Shown piece by piece: positions 47,340 through 57,107 of a stretch of DNA of 64,000 nt. This DNA is from a bacterium (GTDB lineage: Bacteria; Patescibacteriota; Minisyncoccia; Phycocordibacterales; UBA1006). How positions within the stretch are numbered: position 1 is the first letter of the stretch; the number at the start of each line of letters is the position of its first letter. The stretch spans positions 203,752-267,751 of the forward strand of contig JBAWXN010000001.1 of NCBI GenBank assembly GCA_037144045.1, in the 5' to 3' direction. The notes beneath the pieces were generated by a model. It did no database searches and had not been told where the DNA came from. It saw nothing but the letters and a program-made list of their open reading frames with translations. The position numbers were made by a program, and so were the translations under genes.

Positions 47340-50300
47340 TTACTGAGCTAAACCATTAGCTCCGCATGACTTATTAATGAGTCCTCTCGTTACAGGTCCT
47401 ACCATTCCGTCTTGGTCAGTTCCTAAATACTTCTGCATGCGCTTGATCGCACCATCAGTGATTTTTCCAAGGATTCCATCAACAGGTCCAGAATTAAATC
47501 CAAGTCGGTTCATATGTCCTTGAAGTATTTTTACTTCTTTAACCATCGCTTTGGTGTACGGATGATACTTACCATTGCGTGCACCTGCTTTTAGATTTTG
47601 AGTAAGGATTTGATCGGCAGGACAGGTATCTAGGGAAGGCGTATTTGGTATTGCCGTTGCAGATGCTGTGTTTTGTGCAACCGGTGTCCAAGGTCTTCCT
47701 TGACCCGACGAAATTGTTGGTTGAGTAGTAGCTACCCCTGGCACATATTCAGGTTCGGTTGGCGCAAATCTAAATACTGGATAATTTGCGGTTGCCTGCC
47801 AAATCGTATCAAAATCCCAATCAGTCATCGGGGCACTAGTATTATTTGCCTTGAAATAATTAACACCTGATACCTTGGTTGGTTGAGGATTTGCATAGCT
47901 ACCATCTACCCCAATACTTGCAGCACTATACCAATAGTTACCCGTTGCGGCATAATCTAACATATTACTTGAGCCGGCATATCCACCAATAACAGCACCG
48001 CCAGTTGTCGGTTCACTTACCGTAAACGAATCATAAGTTCCTTTAGGATCAGAACCCCAATCGGCACCCGTTATTCCTCCAGTATAGTTTCCTGTACTGT
48101 GAACAGTACCTGATGAATATACCCGTTCAATGGTTCCATAGTTAATCCCCGTAATACCACCCACATAACTATCTCCCTCGATGGTTGTTGCCGCGTAACT
48201 ATCGTGAATCCAACCATTGCCCTGGTTTGCACCAGCAATTCCACCAGCAATTCCACCACCCGCTATGGTACCTGTAAAATACGACCGTCTTATTTCTTTA
48301 TTATTGTTACCAACCAATCCTCCCACATGACTATTTCCTGTCACGTCTGCGGTTGAATAGGATTCAATGATCGTACTTCCTCCACTGCGAAGCGCATCAG
48401 GAAATGGTCCTGGTACTACTCGAGTATTCCAAGTGTTGATGTAAGAAGTATTTTCTGGAGTCATTGGATACGGTGCCATACCTGGACCATATTTAGTCAT
48501 GCCACGATACGGTAAATAATCTGCTGACTGACTATATTCGCCCATACCTTGATAGGTTGCGTGTTTATAGAGCGCATCGTTGTACAGTACAAAACTTCGT
48601 TCCATACCCTCTACAGGTGCAATGTATGGGAATTCAACAGACAACTGGTCTCCATAACGCATTACCACAAATTGATCATCCGAATCATTTAGGAGCGGCG
48701 TCACGTCACCATATTTGGTAAATTTTCCGTATTGGTTTTTAAATATTCCTCTTGGTAGCGGACTTGCTTTTGAATAATCGTGATCATAGAAATGACTGCG
48801 ATCAATCTCGCTGAATCCATAGTATCCCAAGTCAACCGATTCTGGTTGGTAGGTATTCGCCGTGAAAGGAACTTGGGCTGAAGTATCTACGGCAAAATAG
48901 TTTGCATTGAATGTATCAAAGGCAACTTTTACACGATAATCATTCGTCAAGAATTTCCCCGTCAAATCAACGGTTCGCAATCGCGCTGTTCCATCTGAAC
49001 CTAATTGATTTTTGTTATAAATTTCAACCCAGTTTCCGTTTGCATCTTTTACTTGGATTGATCGCGCTGAGTTTCCTGGATATTGTGCACTGGCTGCGTA
49101 ATCACGCGCACCACGGATCACTAATTGAATTGAATTAGCTTCTGACAAATCACCAAAATCTAGCACGAAACTTTTCTTGAGATTTGCCGGGTTATAATTA
49201 CCGCCTTGATTTGTAAAGCTCCACTGATCGTCATATGCCTTGAGTGCATCGGTACAATTGGTACCCTTTTCGTCAACACATGATACCAATTGATGGGTAG
49301 GTGTGTCACTTACCGTACGCAATCCATCAACACCCGCAGTACTTGTAAGCGGTTCTACTACTGAATATCCTGGTGCATGATCAAATGTCATCAATGCTAA
49401 TTTATCATAATACACGGTTTCGTTATATTCCTCGGTAATCTTCATGGAATATTTACCGTCTTTCGGTGCAAGATTATTCGCATCAATTGTCGCCAAGTCT
49501 ATTCCACTTAAGTCCTTAGGGAGTAATCCTCCTACGTCATTCGTATACACATATTTTGATCCGTTCCAGGTATAGACCAATGGACTTGAATTGGGAAAAT
49601 TATTTGCATCTACATGGGATCCAACCAATCCTCCAACATTTTCTTGTCCCTGTACGGTACCACTACTGCTTACATTAGTGAGTGTACCTGAAAGCCCTCC
49701 AGCGAATGCACCTATATTTTTTCCGGCAGCAGTTATATTCACATTTTCAAGCTCGAGGTTCTTTACCTCAGCACCTGCGGCAATCGTTCTGAAAAGCCCG
49801 ACATAGTATCCGTCCAACTCACTGTTATTTACTCCACGATTAATATACAGACCGCTGATTTTATGATTTTGCCCATCGAAAACACCCGTAAAACTCTGAT
49901 GATTAAATCCTGAACTAATATTATTCCCATTAACAGCAATTTCACCAAGTGGCCTGAACCCCTTGCCACTGTTCCAATTAATAGTATCCGAACAATCAAT
50001 ATCACTTGCTAATGCATAATACTTATCAAGGGTTGAAACATCATTTCCAACTGCCTGAAGTGCCACACAACTTGAAATCATATACGGATCAAGTTCTGTT
50101 CCTGTTCCAGTAAGAGTGATTTCGTTTGAAGCAGGTCCGTATTTCATAACCTTAGCCTTGTTTTGTAACCCTGTGAATCCAACATAGAGGGTGTCGTTCG
50201 GTGCAACAACAAGTGAGACAAAAGCGCCGGAACGCTCTGAAAAATCTGCGGCGCCTACAGAAATCCATCCATCACCGTTATAAGTCACGACATTTACCTT

Positions 50301-51251
50301 GTTATTGTTATTACTATTCGTATAGGCAAGATATAAATTATTTTCTGAATCAATAGCAAGTGACGTGAAATGTACATCAAATTCGGTAAATCCTGGTGTG
50401 CTGACACTTTCCCAGGCGGTACCATTAAAATGCATTACCGTTGCCTTGTGGCTGTTTCCACCGTCTTCATATGCCAGGTATAATTCTCCGTTTGGTGCAA
50501 ACGCAAGAGAGTTAAAATCCGCCGAACCCGCAGAAAAACCAGGGTCACCAACGTTCTCCCAGATCGTACCGTTGAATCTCATAACAGTTGCCTTGTAATC
50601 TCGGGTAACGTCCTTGATCGCAACATAAGGTACATTCGCGGAACTGATGGCAAGCGTAATCGTTTCGACTTCTCCATCAGAAAAACCTGCCGTTCCTACG
50701 AGTTCCCAGGCCGTACCATTAAATTTCATCACGGTTGCCTTGTTGCTATTTGAAGCGTCTCGGTAGGCAATATAAGGAGTCGCATCGGGAGCAATCTTAA
50801 GAGAAGTATACTCTGCAGCGCCACCAGAAAAACCTGCCGTTCCTACAGCTTCCCACGTGGTACCGTTAAATTTCATCACGGTTGCTTTTTCGCTGTTTGA
50901 AGCATCCGCAAAACCAATATACGGGGTACCGTTTGGAGCAATCGCAAGCGACGTATATGCAGTACCACCACCTGAGAAGCCAGCCGTGCCAACCGCCTCC
51001 CACGAAGTACCGTCGTATTTCATCACGGTTGCCTTGTTCCCCGCATTACCGTCATTGAACCCGATGTATTGAGTACCATCAGGAGCCACCGCCATAGATG
51101 TGAAATAACTGCTGTTTATCGATATACTTTGATCACCCAGCAATCCCCAGGCGTCAACTGCAAATACATGATTCGCACTAAAAATAATTCCGACCACGAG
51201 TAATGGTAATAAAAAAGCAATCCGCATCACACGGCGATTTAATAGGTTCAT
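47340..51251 (-). CDS. Giant (1303 aa) secreted surface protein with seven N-terminal propeller-like repeats (about 49 aa each), a GLUG-like Gly-rich region and a C-terminal peptidoglycan-binding domain
   Basis: Signal peptide MNLLNRRVMRIAFLLPLLVVGIIFSANHVFA. Repeats of W..VGTAGFSGG..Y.SLAIAPNGTPYIGF.D.SN..KATVMKFNGT. NVGGLVGSH and GGLVGNNN stretches. C-terminal ILTQNLKAGARNGKYHPYTKAMVKEVKILQGHMNRLGFNSGPVDGILGKITDGAIKRMQKYLG. Confidence 0.75.
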   Translation of the reverse strand: MNLLNRRVMRIAFLLPLLVVGIIFSANHVFAVDAWGLLGDQSISINSSYFTSMAVAPDGTQYIGFNDGNAGNKATVMKYDGTSWEAVGTAGFSGGGTAYTSLAIAPNGTPYIGFADASNSEKATVMKFNGTTWEAVGTAGFSGGAAEYTSLKIAPDATPYIAYRDASNSNKATVMKFNGTAWELVGTAGFSDGEVETITLAISSANVPYVAIKDVTRDYKATVMRFNGTIWENVGDPGFSAGSADFNSLAFAPNGELYLAYEDGGNSHKATVMHFNGTAWESVSTPGFTEFDVHFTSLAIDSENNLYLAYTNSNNNNKVNVVTYNGDGWISVGAADFSERSGAFVSLVVAPNDTLYVGFTGLQNKAKVMKYGPASNEITLTGTGTELDPYMISSCVALQAVGNDVSTLDKYYALASDIDCSDTINWNSGKGFRPLGEIAVNGNNISSGFNHQSFTGVFDGQNHKISGLYINRGVNNSELDGYYVGLFRTIAAGAEVKNLELENVNITAAGKNIGAFAGGLSGTLTNVSSSGTVQGQENVGGLVGSHVDANNFPNSSPLVYTWNGSKYVYTNDVGGLLPKDLSGIDLATIDANNLAPKDGKYSMKITEEYNETVYYDKLALMTFDHAPGYSVVEPLTSTAGVDGLRTVSDTPTHQLVSCVDEKGTNCTDALKAYDDQWSFTNQGGNYNPANLKKSFVLDFGDLSEANSIQLVIRGARDYAASAQYPGNSARSIQVKDANGNWVEIYNKNQLGSDGTARLRTVDLTGKFLTNDYRVKVAFDTFNANYFAVDTSAQVPFTANTYQPESVDLGYYGFSEIDRSHFYDHDYSKASPLPRGIFKNQYGKFTKYGDVTPLLNDSDDQFVVMRYGDQLSVEFPYIAPVEGMERSFVLYNDALYKHATYQGMGEYSQSADYLPYRGMTKYGPGMAPYPMTPENTSYINTWNTRVVPGPFPDALRSGGSTIIESYSTADVTGNSHVGGLVGNNNKEIRRSYFTGTIAGGGIAGGIAGANQGNGWIHDSYAATTIEGDSYVGGITGINYGTIERVYSSGTVHSTGNYTGGITGADWGSDPKGTYDSFTVSEPTTGGAVIGGYAGSSNMLDYAATGNYWYSAASIGVDGSYANPQPTKVSGVNYFKANNTSAPMTDWDFDTIWQATANYPVFRFAPTEPEYVPGVATTQPTISSGQGRPWTPVAQNTASATAIPNTPSLDTCPADQILTQNLKAGARNGKYHPYTKAMVKEVKILQGHMNRLGFNSGPVDGILGKITDGAIKRMQKYLGTDQDGMVGPVTRGLINKSCGANGLAQ
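50126..51155 (-). repeat. Intragenic tandem repeat of about 147 bp in roughly 7 copies, encoding the propeller-like blades
   Basis: Periodic protein repeat KATVM.FNGT.WE.VG..GFS. The antisense ORFs 50365-50598 and 50857-51072 show the same periodicity. Confidence 0.6.
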
Positions 51252-51303
51252 ATGCAGATAGTATATAAAATATAAAAAGTATTATCAATTACAACTCTCG
51301 TTT

Positions 51304-52212
51304 TTATTTACCTAAAAAAGTTTCCATCGCCTCATCAATGGTTTTGTATGTGAACTCAAACCCTGTTACTTGTAATTTCGCAGGTACGGCACGCGTGCTT
51401 GCAAGTACTGCTTTGGCAAATTCGCCCAGAATAATGCGCAATGCAAATGCTGGAATAATCAAGAACGCCGGACGATGGAGTGCCTTACCAAGTGATTTTG
51501 TAAACACCCGATTCGTCACGGGTTCTGGTGCGGTCGCATTCACAGGACCTGACAATTGCATATTCGTAATCGCCTCGTAGTAAATTGCAATGAGATCATC
51601 AATATGAATCCATGAAAACCATTGATTTCCATTTCCCAATCTTCCTCCTAATCCCCACTTGAATATCGGAAGTAGTTTTGACATCATGCCACCTCCGGGA
51701 CCCAGCACGATTGCCGTACGCACAGAAACCCGACGAATTCCGAGTTCCTCAATTTTTTGTGCAGCAGATTCCCACGCAACACAAACATCTGATAGAAAAT
51801 CCGTTCCCGTTGTTGGCGTAGATGCAGATTCGTCGAGTATCCGATCAGTTTGATCGCCATAATACCCAACTGCTGATGCACACACGAATACAGTCGGTTT
51901 GATTTCAGATGCACGGCACGCGTCCACAATGGACGCCGTGCTTTTCGTACGACTCTCCATGATCTGTTGTTTATATTCTGCCGTCCACCGTTCGTAAATA
52001 CTCACGCCTGCCAAATGCACAATAGCATTGTGATTTGCGATACTTGTCGGTGCAGCATCGGTTACCAAATTCGCAGAAACAAATTGCATACGTTCATGCG
52101 AAAACCGCGGCGCTACGCGATCGTAAATAGTTACCTGATGACCAGCATCTAATAATTTATGTGCAAGGGCCGTTCCGATAAATCCGGAACCGCCAGTAAT
52201 AGCAATGTTCAT
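51304..52212 (-). CDS. NAD-dependent epimerase/dehydratase family protein of the YfcH type (TIGR01777, C-terminal DUF1731)
   Basis: MNIAITGGSGFIGTALAHKLLDAGHQVTIYDR. C-terminal region consistent with DUF1731. Confidence 0.75.
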   Translation of the reverse strand: MNIAITGGSGFIGTALAHKLLDAGHQVTIYDRVAPRFSHERMQFVSANLVTDAAPTSIANHNAIVHLAGVSIYERWTAEYKQQIMESRTKSTASIVDACRASEIKPTVFVCASAVGYYGDQTDRILDESASTPTTGTDFLSDVCVAWESAAQKIEELGIRRVSVRTAIVLGPGGGMMSKLLPIFKWGLGGRLGNGNQWFSWIHIDDLIAIYYEAITNMQLSGPVNATAPEPVTNRVFTKSLGKALHRPAFLIIPAFALRIILGEFAKAVLASTRAVPAKLQVTGFEFTYKTIDEAMETFLGK

Positions 52213-52264
52213 GAAAATAGTATATCAGAAAATCGTTCCTTGTTTTGATATTTCAACAATGTGA

Positions 52265-52681
52265 TTAAAATGCTTTTCTATACTTTGCTGTCTTCTGTGC
52301 AATCTTGGCCGGCTGTTTTACCCACTGAGCCCCCTTTTTAGTTCCAAGGTTTTTTGCACGATCCGTTGCAATTTTTTCACCGACGGTTAGATGTTCGCGA
52401 GCTTGTTTCGGTAAATAGCGACTATGATTTGGTTCGGCAACATAGCCCCAGTCCTCCTTGGTCCATTTCACTAAACTATTCCGATCCGTTTTCTTGCCCA
52501 CATACCCACCACCGCGCTCTTTGTATAATTTCACAGCATACTGCATCGCGCGCGCAGAAAATTTTCCCATCTTCTCGACAGCTTCCTGTTTGCAATAGCC
52601 CCACAAGGGTTCGTTATCGCGCTCTGCTGTTTTACCAGAAGTTTTCTTTGCAGTAACTTTTTTTCCTGTGGGTTTGTTCAT
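52265..52681 (-). CDS. Hypothetical basic protein
   Basis: 138 aa. WGYCKQEAVEKMGKFSARAMQYAVKLYKERGGGYVGKKTDRNSLVKWTKEDWGY. Lys-rich termini. GC higher than the genome background. Confidence 0.45.
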   Translation of the reverse strand: MNKPTGKKVTAKKTSGKTAERDNEPLWGYCKQEAVEKMGKFSARAMQYAVKLYKERGGGYVGKKTDRNSLVKWTKEDWGYVAEPNHSRYLPKQAREHLTVGEKIATDRAKNLGTKKGAQWVKQPAKIAQKTAKYRKAF

Positions 52682-52723
52682 GCAAATAGTATATCAAAAA
52701 AACCGCACAACGTGCGGCTTTTC

Positions 52724-53815
52724 TTACTGATACTGAATATAAATCGGAATAGGTTGTAACTTCAAAATTTCTGCCGGTGTTATCAAACGCGTACTTGGTT
52801 TGAGCATGTCGTTTCCATAAAATATTTTAAGTCCTGCAAACTGTACTGGTTCAGGATAGATCACATGTTTGTACGTGGTTTTTTTATGATCAGGGCTTCC
52901 CCATCCATCCATATGAATAACAATTTGAACTTCAGGAAGGGGCTTTATCTGATCATAATTCATAACTCCATCCTGGGTAAATCGATGGATTACTAATATT
53001 TTCGGAGGCAAATTATTTTCGCGTACCAATTTTGCCAAATATTCCATTGCCCAATTAATCTCACTGGCATCCAGACTTCCTACTACGGTTCCAGGAACCT
53101 TGCCATTTTTCATGGCAAATTCTGGATCAATACCCAGATGCACCGTAGGTTGTTTCAAGTATTCCTCGAGTCTTGGAATTTCTTCTTGTACCGTACTGTG
53201 CCCTATTTGAATATCTAAAAAGGTAATTGCTTTCGCCTTGTCTGCTAAATCAAGCGCTTTTTGTATTTGCTCCTTAGGCATGCGAAAAGTGTATTTCTTA
53301 TCAGCTCCAGGGTCTTTTTGTGCAGTACTTGCAATGTAATGAATTGCAGGCATGGCGGGAATACTCGGATCAGCAGCGTTCCAATCCTTCACATTCTGCG
53401 CTAATTTTTCAAGCACCACATCTGCAGGATACTGCCCCAAGATTCCCATTTTTTTAGAATAGAAATTTCCATAGAATGCGATAATGCGATGGTATGGTAA
53501 TAACGCACCTTCGTACGGATACGGAAGTCCTTCTACTGGCCATCCTGTTTTTTCAATTACAGGCTCTGTGGTTGTAGTTGAGGTACTTGATGCTGGCACA
53601 GGAACCGGTTCTGGATTATTAGCCAAAGCTTCCATTTTTGCATCATATGCTGCCTTATCAACGAATTGTCGTGACTTGGGCTTTTCATCCACAACTGAAT
53701 CGGTAATTGTTAATGATGAGTCATTTTTGTGAATCACTGATCTATTGATAAAAAAAGCAGCAGCACCACCTATAACGACGATTCCCATTATTGCGGCAGT
53801 AATTGTTTTGTTCAT
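52724..53815 (-). CDS. Membrane-anchored or secreted hypothetical protein
   Basis: Start taken at the ATG giving MNKTITAAIMGIVVIGGAAAFFI. The large C-terminal domain has no recognised motif. Confidence 0.45.
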   Translation of the reverse strand: MNKTITAAIMGIVVIGGAAAFFINRSVIHKNDSSLTITDSVVDEKPKSRQFVDKAAYDAKMEALANNPEPVPVPASSTSTTTTEPVIEKTGWPVEGLPYPYEGALLPYHRIIAFYGNFYSKKMGILGQYPADVVLEKLAQNVKDWNAADPSIPAMPAIHYIASTAQKDPGADKKYTFRMPKEQIQKALDLADKAKAITFLDIQIGHSTVQEEIPRLEEYLKQPTVHLGIDPEFAMKNGKVPGTVVGSLDASEINWAMEYLAKLVRENNLPPKILVIHRFTQDGVMNYDQIKPLPEVQIVIHMDGWGSPDHKKTTYKHVIYPEPVQFAGLKIFYGNDMLKPSTRLITPAEILKLQPIPIYIQYQ

Positions 53816-53965
53816 GAGGATTATTATATCATCTGATTTTTTAATCTTGCAAGGTATGGGTGTTTTGTGTAACCAAGCATCATCCTTGCCCACTAAAATA
53901 GAGCCTGCTATACTAGAAGTACAAATGTCCTTCGGGATTTCTCCCTTTACCGAGAGGGAACAAAG

Positions 53966-54000
53966 CAAAAACTCACAGAATTGTTTCTGTGAGTTTTTGT
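53966..54000. terminator. Rho-independent terminator downstream of the DoxX-like gene
   Basis: aaaactcacagaa-ttgt-ttctgtgagtttt. 13-bp stem flanked by A- and T-runs. Confidence 0.6.
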
Positions 54001-54008
54001 TTAATGAG

Positions 54009-54392
54009 TTACATCGCGAGGTACGCTACCGCAACCGCCATCGCAAGCATTAACAATGCTGGCATCATGCGAATACATGCATCACGCACTTTGATGTGCA
54101 TAGACACCGCTCCTACCATGAGAACCGCAAGCACAGCTGCTGCAGGTAACACTACTACTGGAATCCAGAGTCCAATAACCAACAATACTGCAATAATCAT
54201 CTTTGCAGCACCAATTAAATACATGAACCATGTTGGTAATCCGTATGCACGAAATTCCTGTTCCATATTCGCAGCTCCCTTGCCTCGGTATTTTGTTGGT
54301 TTACGAAATCGCACAAGCCAAACATTGATGAGTCCGAGAGCAAGGATGATTTGTAATACATTTATAATGTACAGTTCTGTGATGAAATTCAT
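54009..54392 (-). CDS. DoxX-like small membrane protein
   Basis: 127 aa, 4 TM segments, GLPTWFMYLIGAAKMIIAVLLVIGLW. Confidence 0.5.
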   Translation of the reverse strand: MNFITELYIINVLQIILALGLINVWLVRFRKPTKYRGKGAANMEQEFRAYGLPTWFMYLIGAAKMIIAVLLVIGLWIPVVVLPAAAVLAVLMVGAVSMHIKVRDACIRMMPALLMLAMAVAVAYLAM

Positions 54393-54442
54393 AGATAAAA
54401 AATTAGATTACTATACTTATAGTGTATCACGACACCATCGTA

Positions 54443-54706
54443 TTACAGCGCACCTTCTGCGCGTAGTTTTCTCACCTTCTCCTCACGTCCCCTATTATAT
54501 TCCCCCGCTATTCCATCTGACCTAATCACGCGGTGACACGGAATTGCCGGAACATAGTTCTTTTTAAGTATCGAACCCACGGCCCGCGATGCACCAGGAC
54601 TCCCTGCTTGTGTTGCGACTTGTTGGTACGTCAAAACCGATCCTTTGGGGATTTTTCGGACGATGGAGAGGACTTTGAGAGTGAAGGGGGTCATGGAAGT
54701 GTGCAA
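54443..54706 (-). CDS. Minimal MGMT-fold protein (O6-alkylguanine-DNA alkyltransferase C-terminal domain only; active-site Cys retained)
   Basis: 87 aa. IVRKIPKGSVLTYQQVATQAGSPGASRAVGSILKKNYVPAIPCHRVIRSDG contains the PCHRV active-site motif. Confidence 0.65.
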   Translation of the reverse strand: MHTSMTPFTLKVLSIVRKIPKGSVLTYQQVATQAGSPGASRAVGSILKKNYVPAIPCHRVIRSDGIAGEYNRGREEKVRKLRAEGAL

Positions 54707-54759
54707 TGAATTCGTTGAGGATCAAGGGTTTTGTTTTGGAGTGGGTTGGGCATGATTAG

Positions 54760-56610
54760 TTAAATATGTAGTCTTTTATTAATTTCATCTACCAATTGAT
54801 CTAGCAGCTGATAATCATTAGATAAGGTAGTTCGTGTTGGCTTGAAATCATTTGAGATGTTCATTTTTAATTTTTCTAAAAACTCAATTGAAAATTTATT
54901 ATTTTGCTGTAAATATATTTTGATTTGATCAATCAATGGACTAGTTTCAATTAAGGAAAAGTTGAGTACGTCAGCTCCAAATTCTTTTTTATATAAAGTT
55001 TTAAACTTACTTTCAATAAAAGGTTTTCGAAGGAAGTCTTCAATTGTAGCCCCTGCTGAAATTTGTCCTATTAAATCCCGAATAGTGACGACATTATTTG
55101 TATTAAAAACTCCTCCAATACTGAGTATTTTGTCTCTATATCCAATTCCTTCCTTGTCATCGTCAGTAAGAACCATAACATCAATCTCGTCACTGTTTAA
55201 TTTTGTAGCAACTTGAACAATATTACTACCTGTTCCATTAGTAATTCCGAAATCAAAACTTTTTAAAGTAAAGATTTTTTGTAATATTATTTTATCGCTT
55301 GCCCCTTCAACTAAAATTCTGTATGGTGAAAACAGGTCACGATATACACTTAAACCAAACGCTATATCAAGTACCTCGTCACCAGTAATATCATCTGTCG
55401 GCCCGACCAGTATTTTTTCTGTTATAGCTGATTTATTTTTTTTAATTATAATATTTCGTTCTTTATTTTTTCTGTCAACGAGAAAAGGAGAATGTGTAGA
55501 TACAAACAAATAGTTAGTTTTACCAATTTCTAATAACTCATCTCGCAAGTCTCTAATTCCTGAAGGATGTAGATGTGTTTCTGGTTCGTCTATCAAGATA
55601 AGATTGTTCTTTTTTCCCATTTTTTTGGCTTCAATAGATAAGGATAGGATAAGAGAAATAAACTGCTTAAAACCTTCGCTGCGTGATGTCATTTTATGGT
55701 AATTGTGCTCATTGTTTTTACCGTCATCTTTTATAGACACTACAATTTTTTTAGTGTCTGAAATCTCTATGTCAAAATTAATATCATGATCCCAGACATT
55801 TTTTACATAATTTGTTGCATTGTCAGATAGTCTTCCCATCAGCTTTCTTCGCAAATTATCATTTGAAGTTTCATCGATTTTCTCCTTTATTTGCTTTGAT
55901 CCAATAAAGCCCGATAATGCAAATATGTTCCTCAGTGGAATATTAGAAGAAGGCTTTTCTCTGAATTCTGTTAAATCGACAGACCCTAGTAAGTATTTAT
56001 CGGAAGGTTTCCAAAAAGAAACTTGGGGCTCGAACTCTTTAATTGAATTAACAATTGCCTCATTAAAATTCTCTATAACAAAAGCCTCATCTACTGGACT
56101 ATATGTTTCATCAGCGTCCGGTTTCTTCTTAATATCAAAACTATCCACGGTCTTACTCTCCGTTCCCACTGTTATGGTTTTTTGTATTTTTTTAGCAACT
56201 AATCCCTTTTTAACATTATTAATATCATATTCGTAGGATTCAGAGAAAAACTTTGTATCTTTTTGAAGATATACATTTTTGCAAATATTCTTGATATTAA
56301 AATCAAGAATATTGTTATCGTCACCAATTTCCGCTCGCACAAAATCCAGCCACGACTCCTCTTTATCAAAATCAAGATAAAACCATAAATCAATAGGGTT
56401 GCCCTCCTCGTCTTTTTGGTTATGAAGAGAGTGGTAATCAAATTCTTCAGTAGGTGTATTAAGGTATGATATTGCATCAAGAATATTACTTTTTCCAGAC
56501 TCATTTACACCAAGAAATACTGTTGTGTAGCTTGGTCCATATTTTTTAATGTCGAGTTCAATTTTCTGAATTGATTTGTAATCCTCAATTATTATTTTTA
56601 TTAATTTCAT
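54760..56610 (-). CDS. OLD-family nuclease: N-terminal ABC-type ATPase (AAA_15/21-like) plus C-terminal TOPRIM domain
   Basis: Walker A GVNESGKSNILDAI. Signature-like TSRSEGFKQFISL. Walker B/H-loop LILIDEPETHLHP. TOPRIM Glu motif ILVEGASDKIIL and DxD motif VMVLTDDDKEG. The gene is extremely AT-rich, roughly 28-30% GC. Confidence 0.8.
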   Translation of the reverse strand: MKLIKIIIEDYKSIQKIELDIKKYGPSYTTVFLGVNESGKSNILDAISYLNTPTEEFDYHSLHNQKDEEGNPIDLWFYLDFDKEESWLDFVRAEIGDDNNILDFNIKNICKNVYLQKDTKFFSESYEYDINNVKKGLVAKKIQKTITVGTESKTVDSFDIKKKPDADETYSPVDEAFVIENFNEAIVNSIKEFEPQVSFWKPSDKYLLGSVDLTEFREKPSSNIPLRNIFALSGFIGSKQIKEKIDETSNDNLRRKLMGRLSDNATNYVKNVWDHDINFDIEISDTKKIVVSIKDDGKNNEHNYHKMTSRSEGFKQFISLILSLSIEAKKMGKKNNLILIDEPETHLHPSGIRDLRDELLEIGKTNYLFVSTHSPFLVDRKNKERNIIIKKNKSAITEKILVGPTDDITGDEVLDIAFGLSVYRDLFSPYRILVEGASDKIILQKIFTLKSFDFGITNGTGSNIVQVATKLNSDEIDVMVLTDDDKEGIGYRDKILSIGGVFNTNNVVTIRDLIGQISAGATIEDFLRKPFIESKFKTLYKKEFGADVLNFSLIETSPLIDQIKIYLQQNNKFSIEFLEKLKMNISNDFKPTRTTLSNDYQLLDQLVDEINKRLHI

Positions 56611-56640
56611 ATATATTTACTAAATATTACCCTATTGTGT

Positions 56641-57003
56641 TTAATTAATCTTTTCTAGAAAATTTCCAAGCGACCCTTTAATCAAATTCCTCAACGTCTC
56701 ATCACTAATATAAATATAAGCCCCCTTGATTCCTCTCGTAAGCAAGGTCTTATAAATATTGATAATATATCGTTTCAGCTCTTCAGGGTCACTTATTCCT
56801 CGACCACCATTGATATCCTTATATTTTTTCGGATCAATAACTAACTGTTTAGTTTCAAGATCGTAAGAAATCTCCGGACCAACGATTACGCCTACATAAT
56901 TCAAATCATATCCCTGAACTGTGTGAATACACCCAACCTCGTTTACTGAATTTGGTGAGTTTACCCAATCCTGAGCAACACTATTCCAAACCAGTTTCGT
57001 TTG
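56641..57003 (-). pseudogene. C-terminal fragment of a DUF2075-type (SF1 helicase-related) ATPase gene, N-terminally truncated
   Basis: The frame translates ...NEVGCIHTVQGYDLNYVGVIVGPEISYD..., which is the helicase motif VI-like T.QG plus the DUF2075 C-terminal signature. It continues upstream of the listed ORF and hits a stop at 57004-57006. There is no in-frame ATG at the listed start (codon 56902-56904 is TTG) and no N-terminal ATPase domain anywhere upstream. Confidence 0.55.
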
Positions 57004-57107
57004 TTACGGAAATTAACCACTCGTTTAGTGAGGTCTTTCATATCTGACATAAGTCCGTTATATCATGTTTTTCTTTATTTTTCCATGATATTTTATTTAT
57101 TGTATTT

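Noticed and set aside
38281-51072. Short ORFs inside the two giant genes (38281-38504, 39151-39891, 40753-41307, 41492-41743, 47673-47870, 48071-48259, 48911-49138, 49591-49806, 50365-50598, 50857-51072)
   Set aside because: Alternative-frame or antisense artefacts of long repeat-rich genes. The 50365 and 50857 ORFs merely mirror the 147-bp tandem repeat.
54760-57003. Possibility that the OLD gene is Gabija GajA with an intact GajB partner
   Set aside because: No intact UvrD-like helicase gene is adjacent. The only helicase-related sequence is a roughly 120-aa DUF2075 fragment upstream, not downstream, and DUF2075 is not the GajB family. Reported as OLD-family with a decayed neighbour rather than as Gabija.
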